Below are positions 8,479-17,445 of a stretch of 64,000 bases of DNA, in pieces. Position numbers and translations under genes: made by a program. How positions within the stretch are numbered: position 1 is the stretch's first letter; every line of letters starts with the position of its first letter. Below the pieces are notes generated by a model. The model searched no databases. It saw nothing but the letters and a program-made list of their open reading frames with translations, and was not told the DNA's origin. Origin of the DNA: Thermodesulfobacteriota bacterium (GTDB taxonomy: Bacteria; Desulfobacterota; Desulfobacteria; Desulfobacterales; C00003060); assembly GCA_034189385.1 (NCBI GenBank), contig JAXHVD010000017.1:36084-100083 (forward strand), given 5' to 3'.

Positions 8479-9205
8479 GCTGAGACCGATTCCCCCTTTC
8501 AGGTACGGAGCCAGGGTGGTCCTGGCTCTGGTGGTGGGGCTTTTGACGGCAAACGCCTATTGGACGGTCAGGCACTTTGCGGCCGAGGCCTACTGCAATA
8601 CCGTTACCAATTCCACCCTGAACAGAGACCAGGATCCAGCCTTGGAAGAGATCCATGGGGCCCTTTCGTGGGACAGTGAGAATGCAAAGTACTGGTATAG
8701 ACTGGCACGAAAGCTGTGGGGCATTCGCAGCAGCAGCCAGGGGGCGTTGAGTAGTGAGGAGAGCTACGAGAAGCAGCTTGAAATCGTAAAGGCCCTGGAA
8801 GAGGCCGTGCAATTGAATCCTTTTGACGCCCAGTGCCACGTGCTGCTGGGGTGGGAATATAGCTATTTGTGGCAAGATCCCGATTATCACAACAAGTGGC
8901 TCACTGCGGCTGACCGATCTATGGAAAGGGCCGCATTTTTTGCCGGAGAGAGCGACCCACATCTTCATATAAATATTGGCAATTACTGGATTATGCGTTC
9001 AAAAACCGCCCTTCCTTCCGACTCCCGATGGGGGGCCGCCTGGACCCAGGCCCGGCGCCACTATGGAAAGGCCCTGAGCCTGGGAAAGACAAAGGCCGTA
9101 AGGGATGAAATAGAGGCCTTTGTGTGGAAGTTCTATCCCGATGAAGCGATGCTCCGGGACGTTATCCTTTCAACCATGGCTGAAGAAGAATCGCACGGCA
9201 GATGA
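8471..9205 (+). CDS. Membrane-anchored TPR-like protein resembling the C-terminal half of O-antigen-ligase/TPR proteins
   Basis: N-terminal TM helix, then TPR-like 'ALSWDSENAKYWYRLA' and 'EAVQLNPFDAQCHVLLG'. Overlaps the valS stop. Confidence 0.6.
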   Translation: MDRLRPIPPFRYGARVVLALVVGLLTANAYWTVRHFAAEAYCNTVTNSTLNRDQDPALEEIHGALSWDSENAKYWYRLARKLWGIRSSSQGALSSEESYEKQLEIVKALEEAVQLNPFDAQCHVLLGWEYSYLWQDPDYHNKWLTAADRSMERAAFFAGESDPHLHINIGNYWIMRSKTALPSDSRWGAAWTQARRHYGKALSLGKTKAVRDEIEAFVWKFYPDEAMLRDVILSTMAEEESHGR

Positions 9206-9318
9206 AGATGCAAGGGGCATAGCATCTCTCCAGAAAGGCTCCGTTCCTCCCTCCTTTTCCCCCAAAGATACCCCTTCCGCCTGCCATGGGGTCTCCCGTG
9301 GTCCGGCGGCCTCCTGGG

Positions 9319-9369
9319 TTGAACCGATTAAGCGAGCGCATTCCCTGCAGCCTGCTGCCGGGTCTTCAA
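9319..9369. repeat. Internally deleted copy of the 5493-5659 element
   Basis: TTGAACCGATTAAGCGAGCGCATTCCC is identical to the start of the 5493 copy; ends GGGTCTTCAA. Confidence 0.8.
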
Positions 9370-9515
9370 AAAAAGCCTTGACATTTTTCATTGATTGACT
9401 CTACATATTGGGGCCAAATATCCAGAGAATACTATATATAGAAAGAATGAGGGATTTCACGACCCCTTTGAGAGCAGACGCCATCGATAGGTAATCGATT
9501 GGAGGGAGCTCGATC

Positions 9516-9992
9516 ATGCTGATGAGATGCAACATAGCGCTTGGTCTTTTTGTCATTGTTGGTCTGCTCATGGCGGCGACACACACCTTTGGAGCTGAGC
9601 CGGTCCGGTGTTTGGAGGCGATAGACGAAGCAGAGACTGTGGCAAAGAAGGCCGCCGAGTCCGGCCAAAAAGCCATGGAAGCCGTGGAAGTGGCAAGGGC
9701 GGAAGGGACCTTGGAGGCTGCGAGAAAGGCCAGGAAGGCCGCTCACGCCACAAGAGATGCCGCTAAAGAGGCCCGTGACGTGGCCAGCCATGCCAGATCC
9801 ATGGGGTGCTTGGGGGCTGCAGAGAGGGCCGAAGGGGCAGCCAGGGAGGCGGACAGGGTTGCCAAAGAGGCAGAAGAAGACGTTGCGAGAATCGTCAAGC
9901 TCCTTGAGGGCCTCAAGCCGGTATTCCTGGATCCAGGGACCTCGGAAGCGGAAAGATACCAGCAGGAAAAGGAAGTGAGCCCTTCTCAATGA
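9516..9992 (+). CDS. Secreted Ala/Glu/Arg-rich helical protein ending -EVSPSQ
   Basis: SD GGAGG, Sec-like signal peptide (..THTFG|AE), Ala-rich helices, two Cys in the mature part. Confidence 0.75.
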   Translation: MLMRCNIALGLFVIVGLLMAATHTFGAEPVRCLEAIDEAETVAKKAAESGQKAMEAVEVARAEGTLEAARKARKAAHATRDAAKEARDVASHARSMGCLGAAERAEGAAREADRVAKEAEEDVARIVKLLEGLKPVFLDPGTSEAERYQQEKEVSPSQ

Positions 9993-10102
9993 TGGTTTCG
10001 GAAGGCGTCTGTTTTGCTCCCAACCTGAGCATTTGCGCTTGCGGGCTTGAAAAGAGATGGGCGGACTGAATCGTTCGCAAAAGGTTTTTAACGAGACGGT
10101 CA
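9990..10102. mobile_element. Short MITE-like element of the 5166-5378 family
   Basis: Ends TGATGGTTTCG / CGAGACGGTCA. Shares TGAGCATTTGCGC.TG.GGGCTTGA with 5202-5226. Its first TGA is the stop codon of the 9516 gene. Confidence 0.6.
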
Positions 10103-10147
10103 ATGATAGATGAGAAAGAAAAAAGATCTGCTCAAAGGAGCCACATC

Positions 10148-11443
10148 ATGAAGAGGATCATTGCCATTTGCTTGCCCGCAGCCCTCCTTCTCTTTCTGGC
10201 AGCCTTTGTCATGGCCGAAGCGATCAACATCCATGTGGGCAGGTTGCACAACATCCCTCTCTCGGCCCACCAGCAACGGCGCGCCGAGGCCGGCAGGATT
10301 CACGTGGGCGACCTGAAGATCGTTCCCAGGCTGACTGTAGGCACGGTGTACGATGACAACGTCTTTTTAGGTAACGGGAGCAATAGCCCCGCGGAAAAGG
10401 AATCCTCCGACTGGGTGTTGCGTCTCATGCCTGGGTTGCTCCTGGACCAAAGCTTCGGCCCAAGGGGGCGTTTCAGGCTCGGCTACCGGGGCGATCTGGC
10501 CTATTACGACGATCACAGCAGAAACGACTGGCAAACCCATGAAGGGCTCTTTGATCTCGACTATCGTTCGCCAGGGGGGCTGATCGTCCGTGCCATCAAC
10601 GTTTACACCGATGCGGAAGACCCCTACACCTCGGAAAACGAATACAAACTGGGCCGGAAGATTAAGCGGTGGCATAACAATCTGAAAACCAAAGTGGGTT
10701 TTGATTTTAGAAATCGGTTTAAGTTCCTGGCCTTCTACAACTATTACAAACAGGACTATGATCACAAAGAAGACTTTACCCAGAACTACGATTCCGATGA
10801 ATTTGGTGCTGGCCTTGAGATGAAATTACTCCCCAAGACCTGGGGTTTTGTCAGGTATCACTACGGTGAGCGGGACTACTATACGCACAGAGAAGGCGTG
10901 ACAGAAGACAATGACTCAGATTTTTCCTGGCACCGGATGAATGCTGGTCTCACATGGGAGCCTGGCGCCAAACTGAGTGGCGAGTTGAACGTTGGCTATC
11001 AGTGGAAGGACTATGACAACAAGGGCAATAAGGACGGCTATGTCTACGATGATAGAAACACGTGGATTGCATCCACGGTGATATCCTACAAACCTGCCCT
11101 CACAAGGGTTCTCTCTCTGAGTATGATGAGGGCCCTGAAAGAGGTCGGTTCCATCACCGATGAGTATTATGAGGACACGGGAGTTGGCTTAAGCCTGCAG
11201 CAGGTGTTTCTGGATAAGTTCACGCTCTTTGTGGGCACGACCTTAAGCCAAAACGACTATAATGTCTTTGACGATAGATCTAGAAGGGATGACAATTATA
11301 AGGTCAACGTGGGCCTTGACTACGACATCCAAGATTGGCTCCGTGGCGGCCTGTCCTACAGCTATTGGAGAAAGGATTCAGACATCACGAAATATGACTT
11401 CACCGATAATCGGTTTATGGCCAAACTAGACATCGTGTACTAG
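10148..11443 (+). CDS. Outer-membrane beta-barrel protein (BBP2/EpsX/VpsM-like polysaccharide porin)
   Basis: SD AAAGGAG before ATG 10148 (ORF track starts at 10103). Signal peptide, 'YDDNVF' motif, Tyr-rich alternating beta strands, terminal aromatic residue. Confidence 0.85.
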   Translation: MKRIIAICLPAALLLFLAAFVMAEAINIHVGRLHNIPLSAHQQRRAEAGRIHVGDLKIVPRLTVGTVYDDNVFLGNGSNSPAEKESSDWVLRLMPGLLLDQSFGPRGRFRLGYRGDLAYYDDHSRNDWQTHEGLFDLDYRSPGGLIVRAINVYTDAEDPYTSENEYKLGRKIKRWHNNLKTKVGFDFRNRFKFLAFYNYYKQDYDHKEDFTQNYDSDEFGAGLEMKLLPKTWGFVRYHYGERDYYTHREGVTEDNDSDFSWHRMNAGLTWEPGAKLSGELNVGYQWKDYDNKGNKDGYVYDDRNTWIASTVISYKPALTRVLSLSMMRALKEVGSITDEYYEDTGVGLSLQQVFLDKFTLFVGTTLSQNDYNVFDDRSRRDDNYKVNVGLDYDIQDWLRGGLSYSYWRKDSDITKYDFTDNRFMAKLDIVY

Positions 11444-11668
11444 GGGCCGGTGACGTTTACCCACTATCTTTGAACATGCACTTCATGCCGCGGGAAAACC
11501 AAGGACGTGGCCTGTGCACCGTGTTCCGGGCAAGGGAGAAGACATTTGGCAAAGGGCCTGTGGAAGAGGCGACAGGGCTGTGAGACAAATCGATAAAGGG
11601 GTCCAGGGCCCCTTTTTTTCATGTGAACCTGCCCTTTTGTCTGGAGGCGGAGGAGAGAAAGAGCTTTT

Positions 11669-12727
11669 ATGACGTACCTTAGACTGATTGCCTGGTTGGC
11701 CGTTGCTGCAGTCTCCATGTCCGTGAGTGCCTGTGGCGGGGGAGAAGTGGTAAGAGTGACCACCCTCCACGACAGCCGCCTTGAGGGCATGGTGGGGGCG
11801 GAAGAACGGGCCAAAATCGCGGAGCTGAAAAAGTCCGGGCAGACCCAACAGGGTATTGACGCTGGTTTGAGCAACGTGATAGAGGCGACGCCCCATTTCT
11901 CTGTGTCCGAATACCTGGCCCAGCACCCAGAGGCCAGAGGCGCTGTGGGGGGCGACTACCTGGTGGGAGGATACGATGTGCTGAGCATCACGGTCTATGA
12001 AGAGAGCGACCTCTCCAAAGAGGCGGTCCGTGTTTCAGAGGACGGATACATCTCTTTTCCCCTTATAGGACGCATCAAGGTAGATGGCCTGGCCACATCG
12101 GACATAGAAAAGGTGATATCCCGCAAATTGGCCGAAGAGGAGTATCTCTTAGAGGCCCATGTCTCTGTGTTGGTGACGGAGTACAACAGCAAGGGTTTCC
12201 TGGTCCTGGGGGCCGTCAAGACCCCTGGTTCCTATTCCCTGCAGGCCAAGGAATGCGTCTTAGACGCTATTTCAAGGGCAGGGGGTATTGACTCTGAACA
12301 CGCCGGCAAGCGGGCCGTCATCGTGCGTTCAGAGGGTCTGAAGGGGGCCCAGGAGCGCAAAGTCGTCATCGACATAGATCTTCAGGGCCTCTTAAAAGGG
12401 AGGGATCAGATCTCCAACATATGTCTTGCCGATAAGGATGTCCTTTTCGTGCCCACGGCCGAGCATTTTTACATCATCGGTCAGGTGAACAAGCCTGCCT
12501 CTTATACCATGCCGGAAGGTGAGATCACGTTGGTGGAGGCCATTGGCATGGCTGGCGGGTTCACCCGGATCGCGGCCCGAAACCGCACCCGCATCATCCG
12601 TGTAGAAGAGGGGGCTGAAAAGGTCATTGAAGTGCAGGTGGATGCCATCACCAAAGCGGGAAGAAAGATCCAGGATGTGGTGATCCGACCCAATGACGTC
12701 ATCGTGGTTCCAGAGAGCTTTTTCTAA
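11669..12727 (+). CDS. Polysaccharide export (OPX/Wza-family) lipoprotein with SLBB domains, lacking the C-terminal OM helix
   Basis: Lipobox VSAC, 'DGYISFPLIG' export motif, two SLBB repeats, ends 'VVPESFF'. Confidence 0.9.
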   Translation: MTYLRLIAWLAVAAVSMSVSACGGGEVVRVTTLHDSRLEGMVGAEERAKIAELKKSGQTQQGIDAGLSNVIEATPHFSVSEYLAQHPEARGAVGGDYLVGGYDVLSITVYEESDLSKEAVRVSEDGYISFPLIGRIKVDGLATSDIEKVISRKLAEEEYLLEAHVSVLVTEYNSKGFLVLGAVKTPGSYSLQAKECVLDAISRAGGIDSEHAGKRAVIVRSEGLKGAQERKVVIDIDLQGLLKGRDQISNICLADKDVLFVPTAEHFYIIGQVNKPASYTMPEGEITLVEAIGMAGGFTRIAARNRTRIIRVEEGAEKVIEVQVDAITKAGRKIQDVVIRPNDVIVVPESFF

Positions 12728-12865
12728 TTAGCGAACTAGCGAATTAGCTCACTAGCTGGTAAGCCGATAAGCTGGTAAGCCGATAAGCTCATTAGCTCAT
12801 TAGCTTACTAGCTTACTAGCTCACTAGCTCAACAGCTCAACAGCTCAACAGCTCAACAGCTCAAC
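12728..12865. repeat. Degenerate 8-bp AGCT tandem array (array 1, polarity switches midway)
   Basis: AGCTGGTA/AGCCGATA units, then AGCTCATT, AGCTTACT, AGCTCACT and (AGCTCAAC)x5. Confidence 0.95.
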
Positions 12866-12869
12866 TGAT

Positions 12870-15155
12870 ATGGAACAGCACTTGGAAGAGCATATAGACC
12901 TTCGTGATTACCTGCGCGTGATTCTGAAACGCCGATGGACCGTGATGACGGTTTTCGTCATCATCTTGATCAGCGTTGCCATCTACACCTTCACGGCCAC
13001 ACCGATATACCAGGCCACCACCCGCTTGGTCATTGAGAGAGAAAACCCGAATGTGGTTTCTGTTGAAGAGGTCATGGCCGTTGATGCATCGGGCACCGAC
13101 TATTACCAGACCCAGTACAAGATTGTTGAAAGCCGTACCGTGGCCCGCGAGGTAATCAGACGGCTGAACCTGGAAAACAGTGAGGAGTTTTTCCCCACGC
13201 CCAAGGACGATCTCTTGTCTAGCCTGAAACGGTCTGTCGTGGAGACCGTGGCCTCCTGGAAGGAATCGATCACCTCTTTGCTTAAGATAGAAGAAGAGAA
13301 AGGGGCCGACGGTTCGGAAGCATATGCGCCCGATACTGCCCTGGTGTCCGATTTCATTGATAGGATTACTGTTGGTCCCATTCGCAACAGCCGTCTTGTA
13401 GACGTGAGCTTCCGGGCAGCGGACCCTGTGCTGGCCACCAAGATCGTCAACACCCTGGCCAGGGCCTATATAGACCAAAACCTGGAGACCAAGCTCGTGG
13501 CCGTGCAGAATGCAGGCAAATGGCTCCACACGAGAATCGACGAGGAGCGCGAAAAGGTGGAAAAGGCCGAGGAGTTGCTCCTTCAATACAAAGAGACACA
13601 CGGCATTGTGACGGATTTTTCAAGCGATGTGGAGCAGGTGACGGCGCAGAAGCTTGCACAGCTCAACTCCCAGGTGGTCCAGGCAGAATCCAGGCGCGTG
13701 GAAGCTGAAACCCGCTACAACCAGGCCCTTGCCCTGGTGGGCTCTCCTGACATGCTGGATTCCATCCCAGAAGTGCTCAACAACGAGTTGATCCGGCAAA
13801 TCAAATCCATGGAGGTCGACCTATACAAGCGGATGTCGGAGCTTTCTAAGAAATATGGGCAGAAACACCCTCAAATGTTGGCCATCGAATCGGAGCTCCA
13901 GACCCTTCAGAAACGAAAGGCCCAAGAGGTGGATCGCGTCATCAACTCCTTGCGGAACGAGTACAGGGTGACACTGGCAAAGGAGAAGTCCTTAAAAGAG
14001 GCCCTGAACAAACAGAAGAAGGAGGCCCTCGACCTGAACCAAAAGGCCATCAAGTACGGGGTGCTCCGACGGGAAGCAGACAGTGCCAGGCATATGTACG
14101 AAGTGTTGATCAAGCGCTTTAAGGAGACGAGCCTTACAGAAGATATGAAGACCGGCAACATCAGGGTCATAGACAGGGCAGAGGTGCCGTCTTTCCCTGT
14201 AACACCCAGAAAAAAGCTGAACCTTCTCATGGCTGTCACGCTAGGTCTCTTTGCGGGCATCGGCCTGGCCTTCTTCTTTGAATACCTGGATAACACCATC
14301 AAGGTTCCGGAAGATGTGAAACGACATCTTAAGATCCCTTATCTGGGCCCCGTTCCGCTTTTTGAAGTAAACGGCCAAGGCAAACAAGACGGCACAAGAC
14401 CTGAACTGGTTACGGTCCTTGCCCCCAAGTCCACGGCCAGCGAATCCTATCGCGGCATCCGCACCAGCATCCTGTTCTCTTCTGCTGAATCATCTCCTCA
14501 GGTCATCCTCGTGAGTAGTGTGGGACCTGCGGAAGGAAAGACCATTACCACTGCAAACCTGGCCATCACCATGGCCCAGTACGGGAGCAAGGTCATTGTC
14601 CTGGATTGCGACATGCGCAAGCCTAGGATGGACCAAATCCTGGGCGTGCCCAGGAATGAAGGGATGTCCAATCTTCTTGTGGGAAGCAATGCCAACATCC
14701 TTCGCACGGGCGTTCCCAACCTAGACGTCATCCCGGCAGGCCCTATTCCACCAAACCCATCGGAGATATTGGGCTCTGCCCGCATGGCCCACTTGTTGGG
14801 GACATTGCGTAAACGTTACACCCGCGTTCTGATCGACTCTCCGCCTTCCACGGCCGTCACCGATGCCGTGGCCCTCTCAAAATCGGTAGATGGTATTATC
14901 CTCGTCATTCGTGCCGGGACGACGACAAGAGAAATGGCAAAAAACGGCGTGGCCCAGTTTGACGCCGTCGGGGCCCCCATGCTTGGTGTGGTCTTAAACG
15001 GTGTAGGCGTTGGGAGGGATAGTTATTATTACTATCAGTATTCTTACGACTATTATGGCGATGACGGAGACAAGAGGAGAAGGCCCCGCAGCAAGAAGAC
15101 CCCCATGGGCCTAGAGGGCGACGACAAGGCCCCGCCGACGAGATTGGATGTTTAG
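12870..15155 (+). CDS. wzc: Wzc/GumC polysaccharide co-polymerase tyrosine autokinase
   Basis: 'IDLRDYLRVILKRRW', two TM helices, Walker A 'GPAEGKT', 'LDCDMR', 'IDSPP', C-terminal Tyr cluster. Confidence 0.93.
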   Translation: MEQHLEEHIDLRDYLRVILKRRWTVMTVFVIILISVAIYTFTATPIYQATTRLVIERENPNVVSVEEVMAVDASGTDYYQTQYKIVESRTVAREVIRRLNLENSEEFFPTPKDDLLSSLKRSVVETVASWKESITSLLKIEEEKGADGSEAYAPDTALVSDFIDRITVGPIRNSRLVDVSFRAADPVLATKIVNTLARAYIDQNLETKLVAVQNAGKWLHTRIDEEREKVEKAEELLLQYKETHGIVTDFSSDVEQVTAQKLAQLNSQVVQAESRRVEAETRYNQALALVGSPDMLDSIPEVLNNELIRQIKSMEVDLYKRMSELSKKYGQKHPQMLAIESELQTLQKRKAQEVDRVINSLRNEYRVTLAKEKSLKEALNKQKKEALDLNQKAIKYGVLRREADSARHMYEVLIKRFKETSLTEDMKTGNIRVIDRAEVPSFPVTPRKKLNLLMAVTLGLFAGIGLAFFFEYLDNTIKVPEDVKRHLKIPYLGPVPLFEVNGQGKQDGTRPELVTVLAPKSTASESYRGIRTSILFSSAESSPQVILVSSVGPAEGKTITTANLAITMAQYGSKVIVLDCDMRKPRMDQILGVPRNEGMSNLLVGSNANILRTGVPNLDVIPAGPIPPNPSEILGSARMAHLLGTLRKRYTRVLIDSPPSTAVTDAVALSKSVDGIILVIRAGTTTREMAKNGVAQFDAVGAPMLGVVLNGVGVGRDSYYYYQYSYDYYGDDGDKRRRPRSKKTPMGLEGDDKAPPTRLDV

Positions 15156-15310
15156 GCAAGGGAGGCGCAATGAGATCACAACCGGCTCTTTGCGATTCTG
15201 AGAGCAAAAGATCCCTTAGAGAGAGGGTGGTGCCCGATACCAGTATGCCACAGATCATGCAAAGCCGGTTGCCATGAAATCCCCAGTCCCAGAAGTCTGA
15301 GAGCGCCCCG

Positions 15311-16099
15311 GTGATCGACCTGCATTGCCATATCCTTCCTGGTGTGGATGATGGATCCCGCTCCCTGAAAGAAAGCCTGGCCATGGCACAGATGGCTGTC
15401 AGAGACGGTATCCACACGATTGTGGCCACGGCCCATACCCTCAATGGTATCTACGTCAACCCCATTAACAAGGTTGTGTCATGGGCCCATGCCCTTGAAA
15501 AGGCCTTTGCCAAGAATGGCATTTCGCTTCGACTCTTCGCTGGTTCTGAGGTGCACATATGTCCCCATATGGTAGAGCAGATTAAAAAGGGGACGGCCGG
15601 CACCATCAACAGGGGGGGGAAGTATCTGTTGCTGGAACTCCCTTCACAGAGCATTCCCGGTGGTGTGAAGGAAGAGATTTTTTCTCTGAAGTTAAATGGC
15701 ATTACGCCGATCATCGCCCATCCGGAACGCAATGCCCTCATACGGAGGGATTCGAATATCCTGTATGAACTGATTGGCATGGGGGCACTCAGTCAGGTGA
15801 CGGCCATGAGCGTGACCGGAGGCTTTGGCGTAGCCGTGAGGCAGTCGGCTGAAACCCTGTTGAGGCAGCGGATGTGTCACGTCATTGCAAGCGATGCCCA
15901 TTCTGCCGTCGCCCGCCCCCCGGTCTTGTCAGAGGCCGTGGAGGATGCAGCGGACATACTGGGCAGCTATGAGGAGGCAGCGCGCATGGTCACAGATGTG
16001 CCGGCTGCCATTGTTTCGGGCAGGGTCCCAGAGATTGCAGAACCAAGGCCGGCCCGAAGCAGGGTTCCCTTCTACAAGAGGTGGTTCAAGAAGTCCTGA
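15311..16099 (+). CDS. PHP-family tyrosine phosphatase (CpsB/CapC/YwqE)
   Basis: 'MIDLHCHILPGVDDG', 'AHPERN', 'ASDAH'. Confidence 0.93.
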   Translation: MIDLHCHILPGVDDGSRSLKESLAMAQMAVRDGIHTIVATAHTLNGIYVNPINKVVSWAHALEKAFAKNGISLRLFAGSEVHICPHMVEQIKKGTAGTINRGGKYLLLELPSQSIPGGVKEEIFSLKLNGITPIIAHPERNALIRRDSNILYELIGMGALSQVTAMSVTGGFGVAVRQSAETLLRQRMCHVIASDAHSAVARPPVLSEAVEDAADILGSYEEAARMVTDVPAAIVSGRVPEIAEPRPARSRVPFYKRWFKKS

Positions 16100-16229
16100 G
16101 AATGCCGAGTCAACACCATCAGGTCGTGGCCGTGGGCGTCTACAATGGACGTTGGAAAGAGTTACGCAAAGTCTTGGTGTGTGAAGGTTCTAGAAGATGG
16201 CTCTTTGGCCGGTGCACGAAAGGAGGTTC

Positions 16230-17060
16230 ATGATGAAGGTTCGTACCATCGGTTTGTTCGTGGCCTACGTCCTCTTCACGTCGACAGTTTTTCTTGCGGC
16301 ATCTTTGCCCTGTGCTGCCCTGACAGCGGCTGAGGTGGAAAACCAGGTCAAGGCAGCCATGGGCACCGGCACTGCGGCAAGAGATGCAGTGAAATCAGCT
16401 GTTGCCGGTGCCATTGCAGAAGGGATGTCAGTAAAAGAGGCGGCTCGAGCCGCCGCAAAGGGTGCCGTTGAAGCGGCGTCGGCCATGGGGCGGGACATCC
16501 ACCCGGCCATCAAGGGTGCTGTCATGGGGGCAGCCGCGGGGGCTGCTGCTACTGGGCTCGATACGAATGGGGCCATTGAGGGTGCCTCAGAGGGGGGCAT
16601 CATGGCAGTTGCGGCAGCCGGTGCAGATGTCCGAATTGCCGCGCAAGCTGCTGTGTGCGGGGCGGTGTTGATTGCCGCGGAACAAGGGCGCAACACCACT
16701 GCCGCTCTTTCCAGCGCTGTGAACGGTCTGTTGAGCGGTTCCATCGGCTCCAAGCTGGGCCCTGAGCAGACAGAAGGCACGGTCTATGGTGCCGCCCAGG
16801 GGGCCAGAGTTGCGGCTGCGGCCACGGGCCAGGACAGGGCGGCTCTTTTCAGTGCATTGACAGACAGTGTGTCCCGAGCTGCAGAGGCCCACGGGCTTCC
16901 TCCCGGCACCTTGATTGGTGCTGCAAGGGGCGGTATGGCCGACAGGGGCCCGTGCGCCGGTTGCCCGACGCCCAGGGCAGTGGAAAGGCCGGCGGCAATA
17001 CCTTCCGTTGCTCCCGATGCGGTGGAACCGGTCCCTGACCCGACGGCAAGTCCCATCTAG
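16230..17060 (+). CDS. Secreted Ala/Gly-rich repeat protein with Pro-rich tail ending -TASPI
   Basis: SD AAGGAGG before ATG 16230. Signal peptide, repeated 'AAxGAvxGA' helices, CAGC motif, Pro-rich C-terminus. Confidence 0.75.
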   Translation: MMKVRTIGLFVAYVLFTSTVFLAASLPCAALTAAEVENQVKAAMGTGTAARDAVKSAVAGAIAEGMSVKEAARAAAKGAVEAASAMGRDIHPAIKGAVMGAAAGAAATGLDTNGAIEGASEGGIMAVAAAGADVRIAAQAAVCGAVLIAAEQGRNTTAALSSAVNGLLSGSIGSKLGPEQTEGTVYGAAQGARVAAAATGQDRAALFSALTDSVSRAAEAHGLPPGTLIGAARGGMADRGPCAGCPTPRAVERPAAIPSVAPDAVEPVPDPTASPI

Positions 17061-17089
17061 CGTCGTGTCTCTAAAAACTAGAGTGCCGC

Positions 17090-17290
17090 CATGAAGCCGT
17101 TTTCCTGGCTCCGTGAGCATTTTCGGGACTGCGCTGAGCCGAATCATGCACGAAGTGGCTCTTTTCAAGCCGTCAGGCGCAACCATTAGCGCTATAACTT
17201 TGCGCTGCGGCGGATCAAAGAGTTTATGATTCTTAGCGCTTCACGCAGCTGACGTCTGATTCCGAAAATACTCAATGTCGCACGTAAAGG
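17090..17290. repeat. Degenerate MITE-like element related to 5166-5378
   Basis: Shares CTCCGTGAGCATTT, TCAAGCCG.CAGGCGCAA and AAAAT.CTCAATGTCG blocks with 5166-5378 and 2866-2885. Confidence 0.5.
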
Positions 17291-17445
17291 GCTTTGGGCC
17301 GCACAGGGACCAATGACACTTATTTCTGGTTCATGACACTAGGGCCGTGTCTTGGCAAGGGGTCAGATAAGTAAAAGAGCTCACAGAACTAAGTGAAAAG
17401 GGGTTGTGCGAAGCTCTCATGTTAAAGAGGGGAGGAGATATTGAA

